From: an uncultured Gammaproteobacteria bacterium
GTDB lineage: Bacteria > Patescibacteriota > Microgenomatia > PFEM01 > DATLAM01
Assembly: GCA_964566925.1 (NCBI GenBank)
Contig: CAZMIZ010000004.1
Span: 35,951 to 99,950, forward strand
DNA: 64,000 nt
Reading direction: 5' to 3'
Shown here: in pieces, positions 48,592 through 56,731 of the stretch
Position numbering within the stretch: position 1 is the stretch's first letter
Layout of the letters: every line of letters begins with the position of its first letter
The notes under the pieces: model-generated
Seen by the model: only the letters and a program-made list of their open reading frames with translations
The model's database searches: none
What the model was told of the DNA's origin: nothing
Translations under genes and position numbers: made by a program

Positions 48592-49905
48592 TTAAAAGAC
48601 TCCTAACAGGGTCACTACCTTGCGACCCTGGCGACCATTGGGAGCGAATTTTAAACTCCCATTTTTTAAGTATCTATATTTTAAGTAAAAGAGGTTACCA
48701 AAAACAACTATTTTCTTATTATCACGATAAACCATCTTCGCTGAGCCACCGGGATCAGTGGCCACCACTTTAATTGCCTGAGGATACATTTCAAAAGCAA
48801 AGTCAGCCAATTCTTGAGGGGTCACCCCAGGATAAATATTACCCGCTTGAGGGATGCCATCCACGGTGATGGCCACCAGTCGGCCATCTTTTAGGAGCGC
48901 CAAAGCGGCTCGGGCCAATTTGATTCCTTCTCGATGAGGCCGGTTACAAAGAGACGCGTCGTTTTCGTGGCCCTCAACGATGGACTGTTGAATCCGTTTT
49001 TTCTTATTTCGGAAAAGTTGAGGTCCAATACTGACGGCATCTAAAATTCCCTCTTGATCCAACCAGCGGATGTCAATCGCTGACAAAAGATCGCCTTTTT
49101 TGACTCCTTCTAAAAGCTTTTCTTTGCCGGAGAGAACCATCAACCCTTGGGTCACCGCTGTCCCTCCGCCTTTCCTAATTTCGACTACTCTCAATTTGCC
49201 TCTCCGGTGGTCAATGATCAGATCAGTCACCCCCTGCTTCGGGGTTAAAACTTTTTTGGCCAATCTTCCTGCTCCCATGATTCTATCCATATAAGGAATA
49301 ATCCGGCTCGCTGAGGCAGTGTAAACAATTATCTCGTCTGGCGCCAAGCAAGATCTGGCTAGCATTTTCGCCCCTCGCCACTTAAATTTTTGGTTGCCAA
49401 TTTTCAAAGTTCCCTTGGCTTCCACAAAAGGCAGTTTAATTCGGCCGTCTTGGTAAATCGCCGCCGCTGTCCGATTAACCACTGGCAGCTGATAAAGTTT
49501 TTTCTGATGAATAAAAAGATTGTTAACTTTAATCTTGGGGGCCGGGATTTCGTCTTCTTTAGAGTTGGTGGTGAAATAAAAATAGCCCAGGGTGGCTAAA
49601 CCTAAGATTTTAGGGGTCTTTTCAAAAACCTTAACCGGAAACTCTCCTTTATTTTTAAAAATAATCCTCAATTTTCTTTTTTGAGGATCTATTTCCAAAC
49701 AACGATAATTAGTAAAACCTTGCTTAAAGTCGAGGTGGCCCTTTTTTAGGATTAGGCCGGGGGCTAACGCTTGCTGGCTTTTTTTATCCCTTACCTGATT
49801 GAGGGCAAAGAGCCGATGTGATTGCTCCCAAGAAGTAATCCTTTTAGGGGCGTCAAAAGTGCCTAGAGGAAAAAGATGTTTATATTTTGAAACCAAATAA
49901 GTCAT
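48592..49905 (-). CDS. Phosphodiester glycosidase (NAGPA/DUF2233)-like protein
   Basis: C-terminal AVSIGPQL, ARAALALLKDG..ITVDG, GVTPQELA and DPGGS resemble NAGPA motifs. Confidence 0.55.
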   Translation of the reverse strand: MTYLVSKYKHLFPLGTFDAPKRITSWEQSHRLFALNQVRDKKSQQALAPGLILKKGHLDFKQGFTNYRCLEIDPQKRKLRIIFKNKGEFPVKVFEKTPKILGLATLGYFYFTTNSKEDEIPAPKIKVNNLFIHQKKLYQLPVVNRTAAAIYQDGRIKLPFVEAKGTLKIGNQKFKWRGAKMLARSCLAPDEIIVYTASASRIIPYMDRIMGAGRLAKKVLTPKQGVTDLIIDHRRGKLRVVEIRKGGGTAVTQGLMVLSGKEKLLEGVKKGDLLSAIDIRWLDQEGILDAVSIGPQLFRNKKKRIQQSIVEGHENDASLCNRPHREGIKLARAALALLKDGRLVAITVDGIPQAGNIYPGVTPQELADFAFEMYPQAIKVVATDPGGSAKMVYRDNKKIVVFGNLFYLKYRYLKNGSLKFAPNGRQGRKVVTLLGVF

Positions 49906-49909
49906 TTAT

Positions 49910-50791
49910 TTACCAACTCCCGCTGGCACCGCCACCTCCAGAAGAACCGCCACCAAAACCACCAAAACCACCGCCACCACCACCGCCTGAGGAGAAACCG
50001 CCCCAGCTGGAGAAAAATCCGGTTGATTTACCTTTCTTTTTAAGCTTTTTGTAATTCTTAGAAAGGATGTAGTCTAAGATTAGACCCAGTAAGACCAAAC
50101 CCAGCGCTGAAAAAACAATCGCCAGGAGACTACCGATAATCAGTCCGATTATTGTCCCTAGAATTCCCCCAATTACCCCGCCAGCCCAATAACTTTTGCT
50201 TCTCGCTAAAAAGGCTGAAGAATAAATAAAAACCAAAAAGGTGATAATTAAAAAGAAGACCAATGGCGGTAAGTTCTCGGCTGCCTCATCGGTTTCAGGT
50301 GCTGGTTCACCAGAACGAATGTATCCTTGGATTTTTTCAATGGCTGATCTAACTCCCTGATCATAATCTTCCTCGCGGAAGGCATCCCTCATCTGTTCAC
50401 GAATAATCCTTCCCGCCCGGCCGTCAGTAATAATTGGCTCCAAACCATAGCCCACTTCAATTCGAATTTGACGCTCTTCTTTGGCGATTAAAAGCAAAAG
50501 GCCGTTATCTTTTTCCTTCTTGCCGATTTTCCAATCCTCAAAAAGCCGGACTGCATAATCTTCAAGTGAATTGCCCTCTAAAGAGTTAATCGTCACCACC
50601 GCAATTTCGACCGTGGTTTCTTTCTCAAACTCAGCTAAATCCGTCTCCAGAGACTGGCGAAAGGTCGGCGAAAGGATTTCTGCAAAATCATTAACATAAC
50701 CAACTGGCTGAGGAAAATCAATCGCCAAAACAGAAGAAACAATTAGGAAAAATCCTAAGATAAATAAAGCTAAACCTTTCAAAATTTTCAT
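49910..50791 (-). CDS. TPM-domain protein (YgcG-like)
   Basis: GYVNDFAEIL, WKIGKKEKDNG and RIEVGYGLE motifs; Gly-rich tail ending GASGSW. Confidence 0.9.
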   Translation of the reverse strand: MKILKGLALFILGFFLIVSSVLAIDFPQPVGYVNDFAEILSPTFRQSLETDLAEFEKETTVEIAVVTINSLEGNSLEDYAVRLFEDWKIGKKEKDNGLLLLIAKEERQIRIEVGYGLEPIITDGRAGRIIREQMRDAFREEDYDQGVRSAIEKIQGYIRSGEPAPETDEAAENLPPLVFFLIITFLVFIYSSAFLARSKSYWAGGVIGGILGTIIGLIIGSLLAIVFSALGLVLLGLILDYILSKNYKKLKKKGKSTGFFSSWGGFSSGGGGGGGFGGFGGGSSGGGGASGSW

Positions 50792-51360
50792 TCAGGTTTT
50801 TCCGGACTAATTTCCACTTCTGGGGCTTGTTCGGCACCTTCAGCTGCCTCAAAATAAGAGCGCTCGCTAAAACCTAAAGCACCAGCAATTAAATTAGCGG
50901 GAAACTGCTTGATGGCCGTATTATAATCCCGAACCAAGTCATTAAACCGCCGCCGCTCAACGGCAATTCGATTCTCGGTCCCGGCTAATTCGTCCATTAA
51001 TTGAGACACGTTTTGGGAAGAACGAAGCTCCGGGTAATTCTCGACGATCACCAAGAGTCGCCCTAAGGCGGATTCGACTTCGGAAGCCGCCTTCACTTTC
51101 TCTTCGGTGGAGGTGGCTCCGGAATATTTGGTTCTGGCTTCAGCGATTTGGCCAAAAACAGCTTGCTCCTGAGTCATGATCCCTTCAACTGATTTCACTA
51201 AATTGGGGATTAAATCAAAACGTCTTTGATACTGAGTTTCAACTTGGGCCCACTGATTTTCAATTGCCTGACTTTGGGTAATCAAACTATTATAGAAGTT
51301 AACCAAACCAACGCCTAAAATTAAAACAATGGCAGCGATAACAATCCAAGATCTTTTCAA
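50788..51360 (-). CDS. lemA: LemA family protein
   Basis: YQRRFDLIPNLV, ENYPEL and TENRIAVERRRFN motifs; TTG start after GGAGGTG. Confidence 0.95.
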   Translation of the reverse strand: MKRSWIVIAAIVLILGVGLVNFYNSLITQSQAIENQWAQVETQYQRRFDLIPNLVKSVEGIMTQEQAVFGQIAEARTKYSGATSTEEKVKAASEVESALGRLLVIVENYPELRSSQNVSQLMDELAGTENRIAVERRRFNDLVRDYNTAIKQFPANLIAGALGFSERSYFEAAEGAEQAPEVEISPEKPE

Positions 51361-51440
51361 TTTATCTCACCTCCTTCCCAATTAGGTACTAGGCACTAGT
51401 AAAAATAAAACCAAACCTCATTTCTGTCCTAAACCCTATC

Positions 51441-51938
51441 TTAGGTATGCTTATCAGCCACGACAAAAGCGCCATAAGATTCCGGTTTAGTTTTAGCAGT
51501 AAAACCATTGCCGTTAACCATCCCGACCACTTCTTTAATCATCTCTCTGGTAGAACCATTCTGGCCGACATCAATGTGGATTTCAAGTTCATAGGGTTCA
51601 CCGTTAAGGCGCTTCTGTAACTGAGGCAATAAAATCTCCGCTAAATCAAGTGAATATAGGGTTTCGGTATAAATTTTATCCCGGAGGGAGTTAACTTTAT
51701 TCTTTTTATTGCGTTGCCAGAAATAGCGACCACCTTTGCCCTTACGATGAATAACCACCGCGGTAATAATGTCCAACCTCTTTCCTTTTTTGTCCCGGTG
51801 GGATTTAGAATCAGTGCCAATGACGAGACGATAGAAATTGCCTGGCTCTTCATCAATAAAACCAGCCAATTCACTCACCATTCTTTTAATGGTCAACTTC
51901 CCGGCACTAGGGCTAATAAAAAAACCATTCTTTTTCAT
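51441..51938 (-). CDS. Ribonuclease H-like YkuK family protein
   Basis: IGTDS, HRKGKGG, EIHIDVG.NG.T and KPESYGA..VADKH motifs. Confidence 0.85.
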   Translation of the reverse strand: MKKNGFFISPSAGKLTIKRMVSELAGFIDEEPGNFYRLVIGTDSKSHRDKKGKRLDIITAVVIHRKGKGGRYFWQRNKKNKVNSLRDKIYTETLYSLDLAEILLPQLQKRLNGEPYELEIHIDVGQNGSTREMIKEVVGMVNGNGFTAKTKPESYGAFVVADKHT

Positions 51939-52026
51939 AGGTTTGAGCTTAGTATATCACAAATTCTGACCTTTTTAAATATCCCTACCAGGCCGTTTTG
52001 GCAGGCCATCCTGTATAATAATAGCT

Positions 52027-53445
52027 ATGGCCGTTAAGCTCAAAAAAGTCGGTCTTAACAAGTGGCAAATCGAGCGGTTGCCGCAGATGAAAGCCGAGGC
52101 AATCATCTTTGCCAAAGAAGAAATGCTTCCTCAAATCCAGGGCGATCTCTCTTTAACTCAGCTTCAAGAAGCAGCCATGCTCCCTCAAGTCGTTTCCCCG
52201 GTAGTGGGGATGCCGGATATCCACGAAGGTTTTGGTTTGCCAATTGGCGGAGTGATGGCCACCGAAGGTCTCATTTCTGTTGGGGCAGTCGGGATGGATA
52301 TTAATTGCGGCGTCAGGCTTTTGGCAAGCAATCTTAGCTATGATTCTAAGCTTTTTAATCGGGTAGCCCTCCAGACTATCATCCGGAAAATCGAGCAAGA
52401 AATTCCGGTTGGCTTAGGTGGTAGACGTAAAGGAAAAATTCCCGGATTAACCTTATCCGAGATTGTTACTCGCGGAGCCGAAGTTTTGGTGAAAAAAGGC
52501 TTTGGAACTAAAGAAGATCTTGAAGGTACCGAAGAAGGAGGCAAATTAGAAGGCGCCTCTTTAGAAGCCCTCACTGACCGTGCTCAGAAAAGAGGTAAAA
52601 AACAACTAGGGACCTTAGGTTCAGGCAATCATTTCATTGAAATTCAAAAAGTGGCAGGAATTTTTGATAAAACTTTAGCTAAAACCTGGGGGCTTTCTCT
52701 AAATCAAATCTGTATCATGGTCCACTGCGGTTCCCGGGGCTTAGGCCATCAAACTTGTCTTGACTACACCAATCGATTCTGGGGCTTAAAAGATAAATAT
52801 CAGATTGATGTGCCCAGAAAAGGTTTGGCAGCTCTTCCGCTTGACACTCCTGAGGGCACTGCCTATTTCGGGGCCATGGCGGCGGCCGTTAATTTTGCTT
52901 TTGCCAACCGCCAATATATCGAATACCAATTGCAAAGTGTTTTCCATCGCTTTTTCAAAGGCAAAGCTAAGCTCAAAATTATTTATGATGTCGCCCATAA
53001 CATTGCCAAATGGGAACCCTTCGACTCCACTCAGGGTAAACAGCTTTTAGTTCATCGGAAGGGCGCCACCAGAGCTTTGCCTGCCGATCATCCCAAAAAT
53101 CCCCAGCGATATAAAAAAACCGGCCATCCGGCCATTATTCCTGGCACAATGGGAACCCCTTCCTTTATTCTCGTTGGTCTGCCTGGCGCCCAGGAGACCT
53201 ATTTTTCGGTTAATCATGGCGCTGGTCGGGCGATGAGCCGGAAAGAAGCCAAAAGAAAAATCAGCCAAGAGGAATTTGAAAAGCAAATGGGGGAAATTGT
53301 CTATAACAAACCCTTCTGGGTAATCGCTGATGAAGCCCCAGGTGCTTATAAAGATATTAATCAGGTAATTGAAACGCTTGAAGAGGCGGGCATTGCTAAA
53401 AAAGTGGTCCAAATGATTCCTTTGGCGGTAATTAAAGGAGATTGA
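52027..53445 (+). CDS. rtcB: RNA ligase RtcB (archaeal-like long form)
   Basis: MPDIHEGFG.PIG, DINCG, GSGNHF, HCGSRG, HN, HRKGAT, HGAGR and DEAPGAYK motifs. Confidence 0.95.
   Translation: MAVKLKKVGLNKWQIERLPQMKAEAIIFAKEEMLPQIQGDLSLTQLQEAAMLPQVVSPVVGMPDIHEGFGLPIGGVMATEGLISVGAVGMDINCGVRLLASNLSYDSKLFNRVALQTIIRKIEQEIPVGLGGRRKGKIPGLTLSEIVTRGAEVLVKKGFGTKEDLEGTEEGGKLEGASLEALTDRAQKRGKKQLGTLGSGNHFIEIQKVAGIFDKTLAKTWGLSLNQICIMVHCGSRGLGHQTCLDYTNRFWGLKDKYQIDVPRKGLAALPLDTPEGTAYFGAMAAAVNFAFANRQYIEYQLQSVFHRFFKGKAKLKIIYDVAHNIAKWEPFDSTQGKQLLVHRKGATRALPADHPKNPQRYKKTGHPAIIPGTMGTPSFILVGLPGAQETYFSVNHGAGRAMSRKEAKRKISQEEFEKQMGEIVYNKPFWVIADEAPGAYKDINQVIETLEEAGIAKKVVQMIPLAVIKGD
53016..53040. repeat. REP-like hairpin element in-frame in rtcB
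   Basis: accct-tcgactccactc-agggt-aaa, encoding PFDSTQGK between the HNIAK and VHRKGAT motifs. Confidence 0.7.
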
Positions 53446-53477
53446 GTTTGCCTTTTTTCTTTTCTGCCTTACCTCGC

Positions 53478-53499
53478 TATAATAAACTCCACTATTATA
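53478..53499. repeat. 22-bp palindromic direct repeat, copy 1 (immediately after the TrpR-like stop codon)
   Basis: tataata-aactccac-tattata. Confidence 0.9.
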
Positions 53500-53970
53500 C
53501 TAAGTGCGAACTCTTACTGATCGGCGCTTTTTGACTCTTTTAATTTTTTTAAGGGCAGCGTCGGTGCCAAGCTTTACTGCCGCTTCAACAAGAGTTGAAC
53601 CAGCTGTCTTGGGAGCGCGGATTATTGTCCTTGGTTTGGGCCTTTTTTGCTCCTCCAGCTTAATAATCCGACCAATGGTTTTCTTTAAACCGAAACCATT
53701 GGTGTTTAGTTGATTATTAATCTTGGCAATAGTATTGCTAGTCACCCTGACCTTGCTTTTGATTGTCTGATAGTCAGCCCTATTTATAAGCATTTTGGCA
53801 ATCTGAATCCGCTTAGCCAACATTTTCACTTCTGTATGGCTTAAGAGATCTTTTAAGAATTCTCTCGTTTCTGCCTTTGACTCAAGCAAAGTAATGGCAT
53901 TCCAGAAGTTATCAATATAAACGCCCATCAATTCCGGAGGCTCAACTGGGATTCGGGAAACTTTGGTCAT
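53500..53970 (-). CDS. TrpR-like (YerC/YecD) HTH regulator
   Basis: FLKDLLSHTEVKMLAKRIQIAKML...YQTIKSKVRVTSNTIAKI. Confidence 0.85.
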   Translation of the reverse strand: MTKVSRIPVEPPELMGVYIDNFWNAITLLESKAETREFLKDLLSHTEVKMLAKRIQIAKMLINRADYQTIKSKVRVTSNTIAKINNQLNTNGFGLKKTIGRIIKLEEQKRPKPRTIIRAPKTAGSTLVEAAVKLGTDAALKKIKRVKKRRSVRVRT

Positions 53971-53978
53971 GGGCTTAG

Positions 53979-54000
53979 TATAATAAACTCCATTATTAGA
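53979..54000. repeat. 22-bp palindromic direct repeat, copy 2 (overlaps the gene's -10 box)
   Basis: tataata-aactccat-tattaga; 20/22 identical to copy 1. Confidence 0.9.
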
Positions 54001-54006
54001 GTAAAG

Positions 54007-54276
54007 TTAGGTTCGAGAAAGCAAAAAGAGGGTCGTCATGCTGGCTAAAAGAGCGACCAGACAATATTCGAGAACCACCCTAAAGTGTAGATCTCGATGA
54101 AGGGCATGATGAATCATCCCCCAAATAACATAAGCGACCGCTGTACCGACAACCACCAGCTGCTGAGCAGCCCGGTAATAATCAAAGAGCAAAAATAGAC
54201 TGAACCCCACCGCCAAAATGGAAAAAAGGGCCAGATAGTCTTTTACTTTATATTCTTTAACTAGTTCTTCAAACAT
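54007..54276 (-). CDS. Small 3-TM membrane protein
   Basis: Hydrophobic segments with YVIWGMIHH..VVLEY. Confidence 0.7.
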   Translation of the reverse strand: MFEELVKEYKVKDYLALFSILAVGFSLFLLFDYYRAAQQLVVVGTAVAYVIWGMIHHALHRDLHFRVVLEYCLVALLASMTTLFLLSRT

Positions 54277-54285
54277 AAACTCTCT

Positions 54286-55209
54286 TTATAAAATGGCTCC
54301 TTGCTGGGTTAAAAGAGCGGCTAAAAGCAAAGTGCCAATTAAGGCGAGATGAGCTAAATTCCGCCCTGCTAGCCGGACGACCTTCTTACGGTGGACTAAA
54401 ACCAGATCAAAAATAAGCGCCCCAAAAAGGACCCCCATAACCAAAATTGCCAAAGTCTTAGTTAGGAAAAAAGGGCTGAAAAGGGGTGGAGTCGATCTTT
54501 CCTCACCGGTAGATTGATTGAGAGCGGCTACCAATTCTTCTTCAACCGCCGAAGCTTCTCCAAGCCTGCTAACCGGCGATTCAACCGTTTCTGGAGGAGA
54601 GGTTTGAGAATAGTTCTGGACGACGGGAGCCGGAGCGGGAGTCGGTGTTCCAAAAAGCTGAACGACTAAAGTCGTCTCTATTCCTTGTAAGGTTCCGTCC
54701 ACCACCGCCAAGCCAATCTCTTCATAATGACCATTCAAGAGATTGTCTTTATGAGACGGGGAAGCCATCCAGGCCTGAACTACCTCTTCAGGGGTATAAA
54801 AATCTCGGGCCAAGTTTTCACCGGCATAAAGGTAACTATAGCCGGCTTGCTGGAAAAAGAACCAAGGATTCCGTCCCGAAGGAGAATTATGCGCCCAGTA
54901 ATCCAAGGCAAACATATCCCCGGCCTTGGCTAAGGCGGCTTGGTTTAAAGTTTGATTAATCTCTAAGGGTGCCAAACCATTTTCTAATCGTTTTTGATTG
55001 GTTAACTCAATCACCCGCTCAGGCGTAATTGCTGAAGCAAAACCAAGAACATGAGGTGAAACAAGAATAAAAAAGTTTAATCCAAATTGGCCAACCAAGA
55101 ACAAAGCCACTAAAACCGATAAAGAAGCAGGGTGAAGAATCTTAGCTTTGTAGTTATTACCCTGATGGGGAATGAAAAAATGGTGGCACCATTTGAGCAG
55201 GTTTTCCAT
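54286..55209 (-). CDS. Membrane-anchored CAP (SCP) domain protein
   Basis: LTNQKR..GL.PL, YWAHNSPSG, AGENLA and WMASPSHKDNLL motifs; TM segments at both ends. Confidence 0.9.
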   Translation of the reverse strand: MENLLKWCHHFFIPHQGNNYKAKILHPASLSVLVALFLVGQFGLNFFILVSPHVLGFASAITPERVIELTNQKRLENGLAPLEINQTLNQAALAKAGDMFALDYWAHNSPSGRNPWFFFQQAGYSYLYAGENLARDFYTPEEVVQAWMASPSHKDNLLNGHYEEIGLAVVDGTLQGIETTLVVQLFGTPTPAPAPVVQNYSQTSPPETVESPVSRLGEASAVEEELVAALNQSTGEERSTPPLFSPFFLTKTLAILVMGVLFGALIFDLVLVHRKKVVRLAGRNLAHLALIGTLLLAALLTQQGAIL

Positions 55210-55280
55210 TTTGAGTGTTAACGAAAAACAAGGTTCTTGCCAAAGGCAAGGTTCTTATCAGTTTTCATGATAGCACTACT

Positions 55281-55850
55281 TCATTCTGGTTGCAATCTAG
55301 CTCTCACCACATAGCGTTGGGAATCCCAAAAACCAGTGCAAGTATAGAGAGTTAAGATGGCTTCTTTGGTGGGAGACAAGATCTCGACGAAATCAGGGGA
55401 AACTGTTTTAGTTTCCGTTAGTTGGTAAACAAATTCCTCTCCTTTTTTATTAAAAATTTTAATCTCAACTCCCTTTTCCAGCCACCTGATTGGCCCAAAA
55501 AGATTATTTTTATTGTGGCCGTAAATAACCGTATTTCCTTCTCTCCCAGGAATACCGGAGCCAAGAAGATAAGAAACGCCTTCGTCGGCAACTTGCCACT
55601 GATCATTGGTTACTTCGGCCAAAAAAACAGGCAAATCAATCCCTACCTGGGGAATTACAACTCTTTCCGGTAAATCCTCTTCTTTAACCTCGGTTTGGGT
55701 TTCAGGAAAACTGGCAAAGGAAAGGCTGTTCTCCTGGAATTGAGAGGCTTTTTGCCAAAGAAAAGCTAAAATTAAAAAAGAAAAACCAAGAAAAAAGAGG
55801 ATTAAGCCGATCTTTTGACGGGAAGAAGCCTTAAGCCAACACCGGTGCAT
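55281..55850 (-). CDS. Sortase (class D/E-like)
   Basis: N-terminal TM; GNTVIYGH, TLYTC and RYVV give the His-Cys-Arg triad. Confidence 0.9.
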   Translation of the reverse strand: MHRCWLKASSRQKIGLILFFLGFSFLILAFLWQKASQFQENSLSFASFPETQTEVKEEDLPERVVIPQVGIDLPVFLAEVTNDQWQVADEGVSYLLGSGIPGREGNTVIYGHNKNNLFGPIRWLEKGVEIKIFNKKGEEFVYQLTETKTVSPDFVEILSPTKEAILTLYTCTGFWDSQRYVVRARLQPE

Positions 55851-56674
55851 ACACTACCCATTATAAACAAAAGGTAAAAAAGATTCTCGGCTAAACTGCC
55901 TGTGTCTGCTAAAGTGGTCGCTCCTAAGACCTGACCTCTTCCTAAAACTTGACCAGTACAAATTTCATTGGAAGGATCACTCGGAGCACAATCATTAACC
56001 GCCCGAACAATAAAGCAATAATCAGATCCCAAATCTAAACCGCCTACAGAATAAGCGGTAACCTTGCCAGTATTATCAACCCCATAAAGATAACTACCTG
56101 AAGAAAAACCATAGGAAATCTGGTAGTGGGTGGCTGGTTCAACGGCCGTCCAACTTAAATCAGCACTGCTCCCACTTTTAATGGCACTCAAAAGAGTTGG
56201 CGCTGACGGAATGGTGGCCCCACAAACAAAAGGTTCACCTGGTCCGCCGGTACCCCCATTATCACCGCCATCGCCACCGTCCCCGCCGTTACTGGGGGGA
56301 GTGGTGGGAGTCGGAGTTGGAGTCAAGGTTGAGGTTGGGGTGGGGGTTTCTCCTGAACAGTCGCAGTCTGTTTCTTCCCAACAAGCCGGATTCCGACAAA
56401 CCAGCCTACCATCTATCTCATATTCGTTTAAATCTCCTAAGCAGAATGATGGACAACCACCACACTCACAAGGAGTCTGATCACATCCACCACAATCTTG
56501 ACAATCTGGACAATCTGGACAAGAGCATTCTCCACAATCCTCACAAATTGAACCACAACCACTAGGACAAACCCCGTCTTGAATGGCTAAGGCTGCAGCG
56601 CTTGTCAAGAATAAAAGCGCCAGGAAAATGAAACCGATTTTAATTAGTCGCGGAGAAATTTTTTGTTTAAACAT
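55802..56674 (-). CDS. Secreted Cys-rich/FN3 protein with an LADTG sorting signal
   Basis: Signal peptide; 18-Cys region; PT linker; FN3-like LSWTAV..YQISYG..VRAVN; LADTG followed by a hydrophobic segment and basic tail. Confidence 0.85.
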   Translation of the reverse strand: MFKQKISPRLIKIGFIFLALLFLTSAAALAIQDGVCPSGCGSICEDCGECSCPDCPDCQDCGGCDQTPCECGGCPSFCLGDLNEYEIDGRLVCRNPACWEETDCDCSGETPTPTSTLTPTPTPTTPPSNGGDGGDGGDNGGTGGPGEPFVCGATIPSAPTLLSAIKSGSSADLSWTAVEPATHYQISYGFSSGSYLYGVDNTGKVTAYSVGGLDLGSDYCFIVRAVNDCAPSDPSNEICTGQVLGRGQVLGATTLADTGSLAENLFYLLFIMGSVCTGVGLRLLPVKRSA

Positions 56675-56696
56675 TCTATCGAGGCAGTTGGCCTAT

Positions 56697-56724
56697 ATTA
56701 TACACACCGAAACAAACTTGTCAA
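56697..56724 (-). promoter_or_regulatory. Consensus sigma70 promoter TTGACA-N16-TATAAT
   Basis: tgtcaa at 56719-56724 and attata at 56697-56702. Confidence 0.75.
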
Positions 56725-56731
56725 GTGAAAA

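Noticed and set aside
49915-50005. (CCA/CCG)n repeat
   Set aside because: It encodes the normal Gly-rich tail of TPM/YgcG proteins.
53465-53505. Chromosomal dif site
   Set aside because: One arm resembles the XerD box, but the ATAA-TTAT spacing is 12 bp rather than 6 and the site occurs twice.
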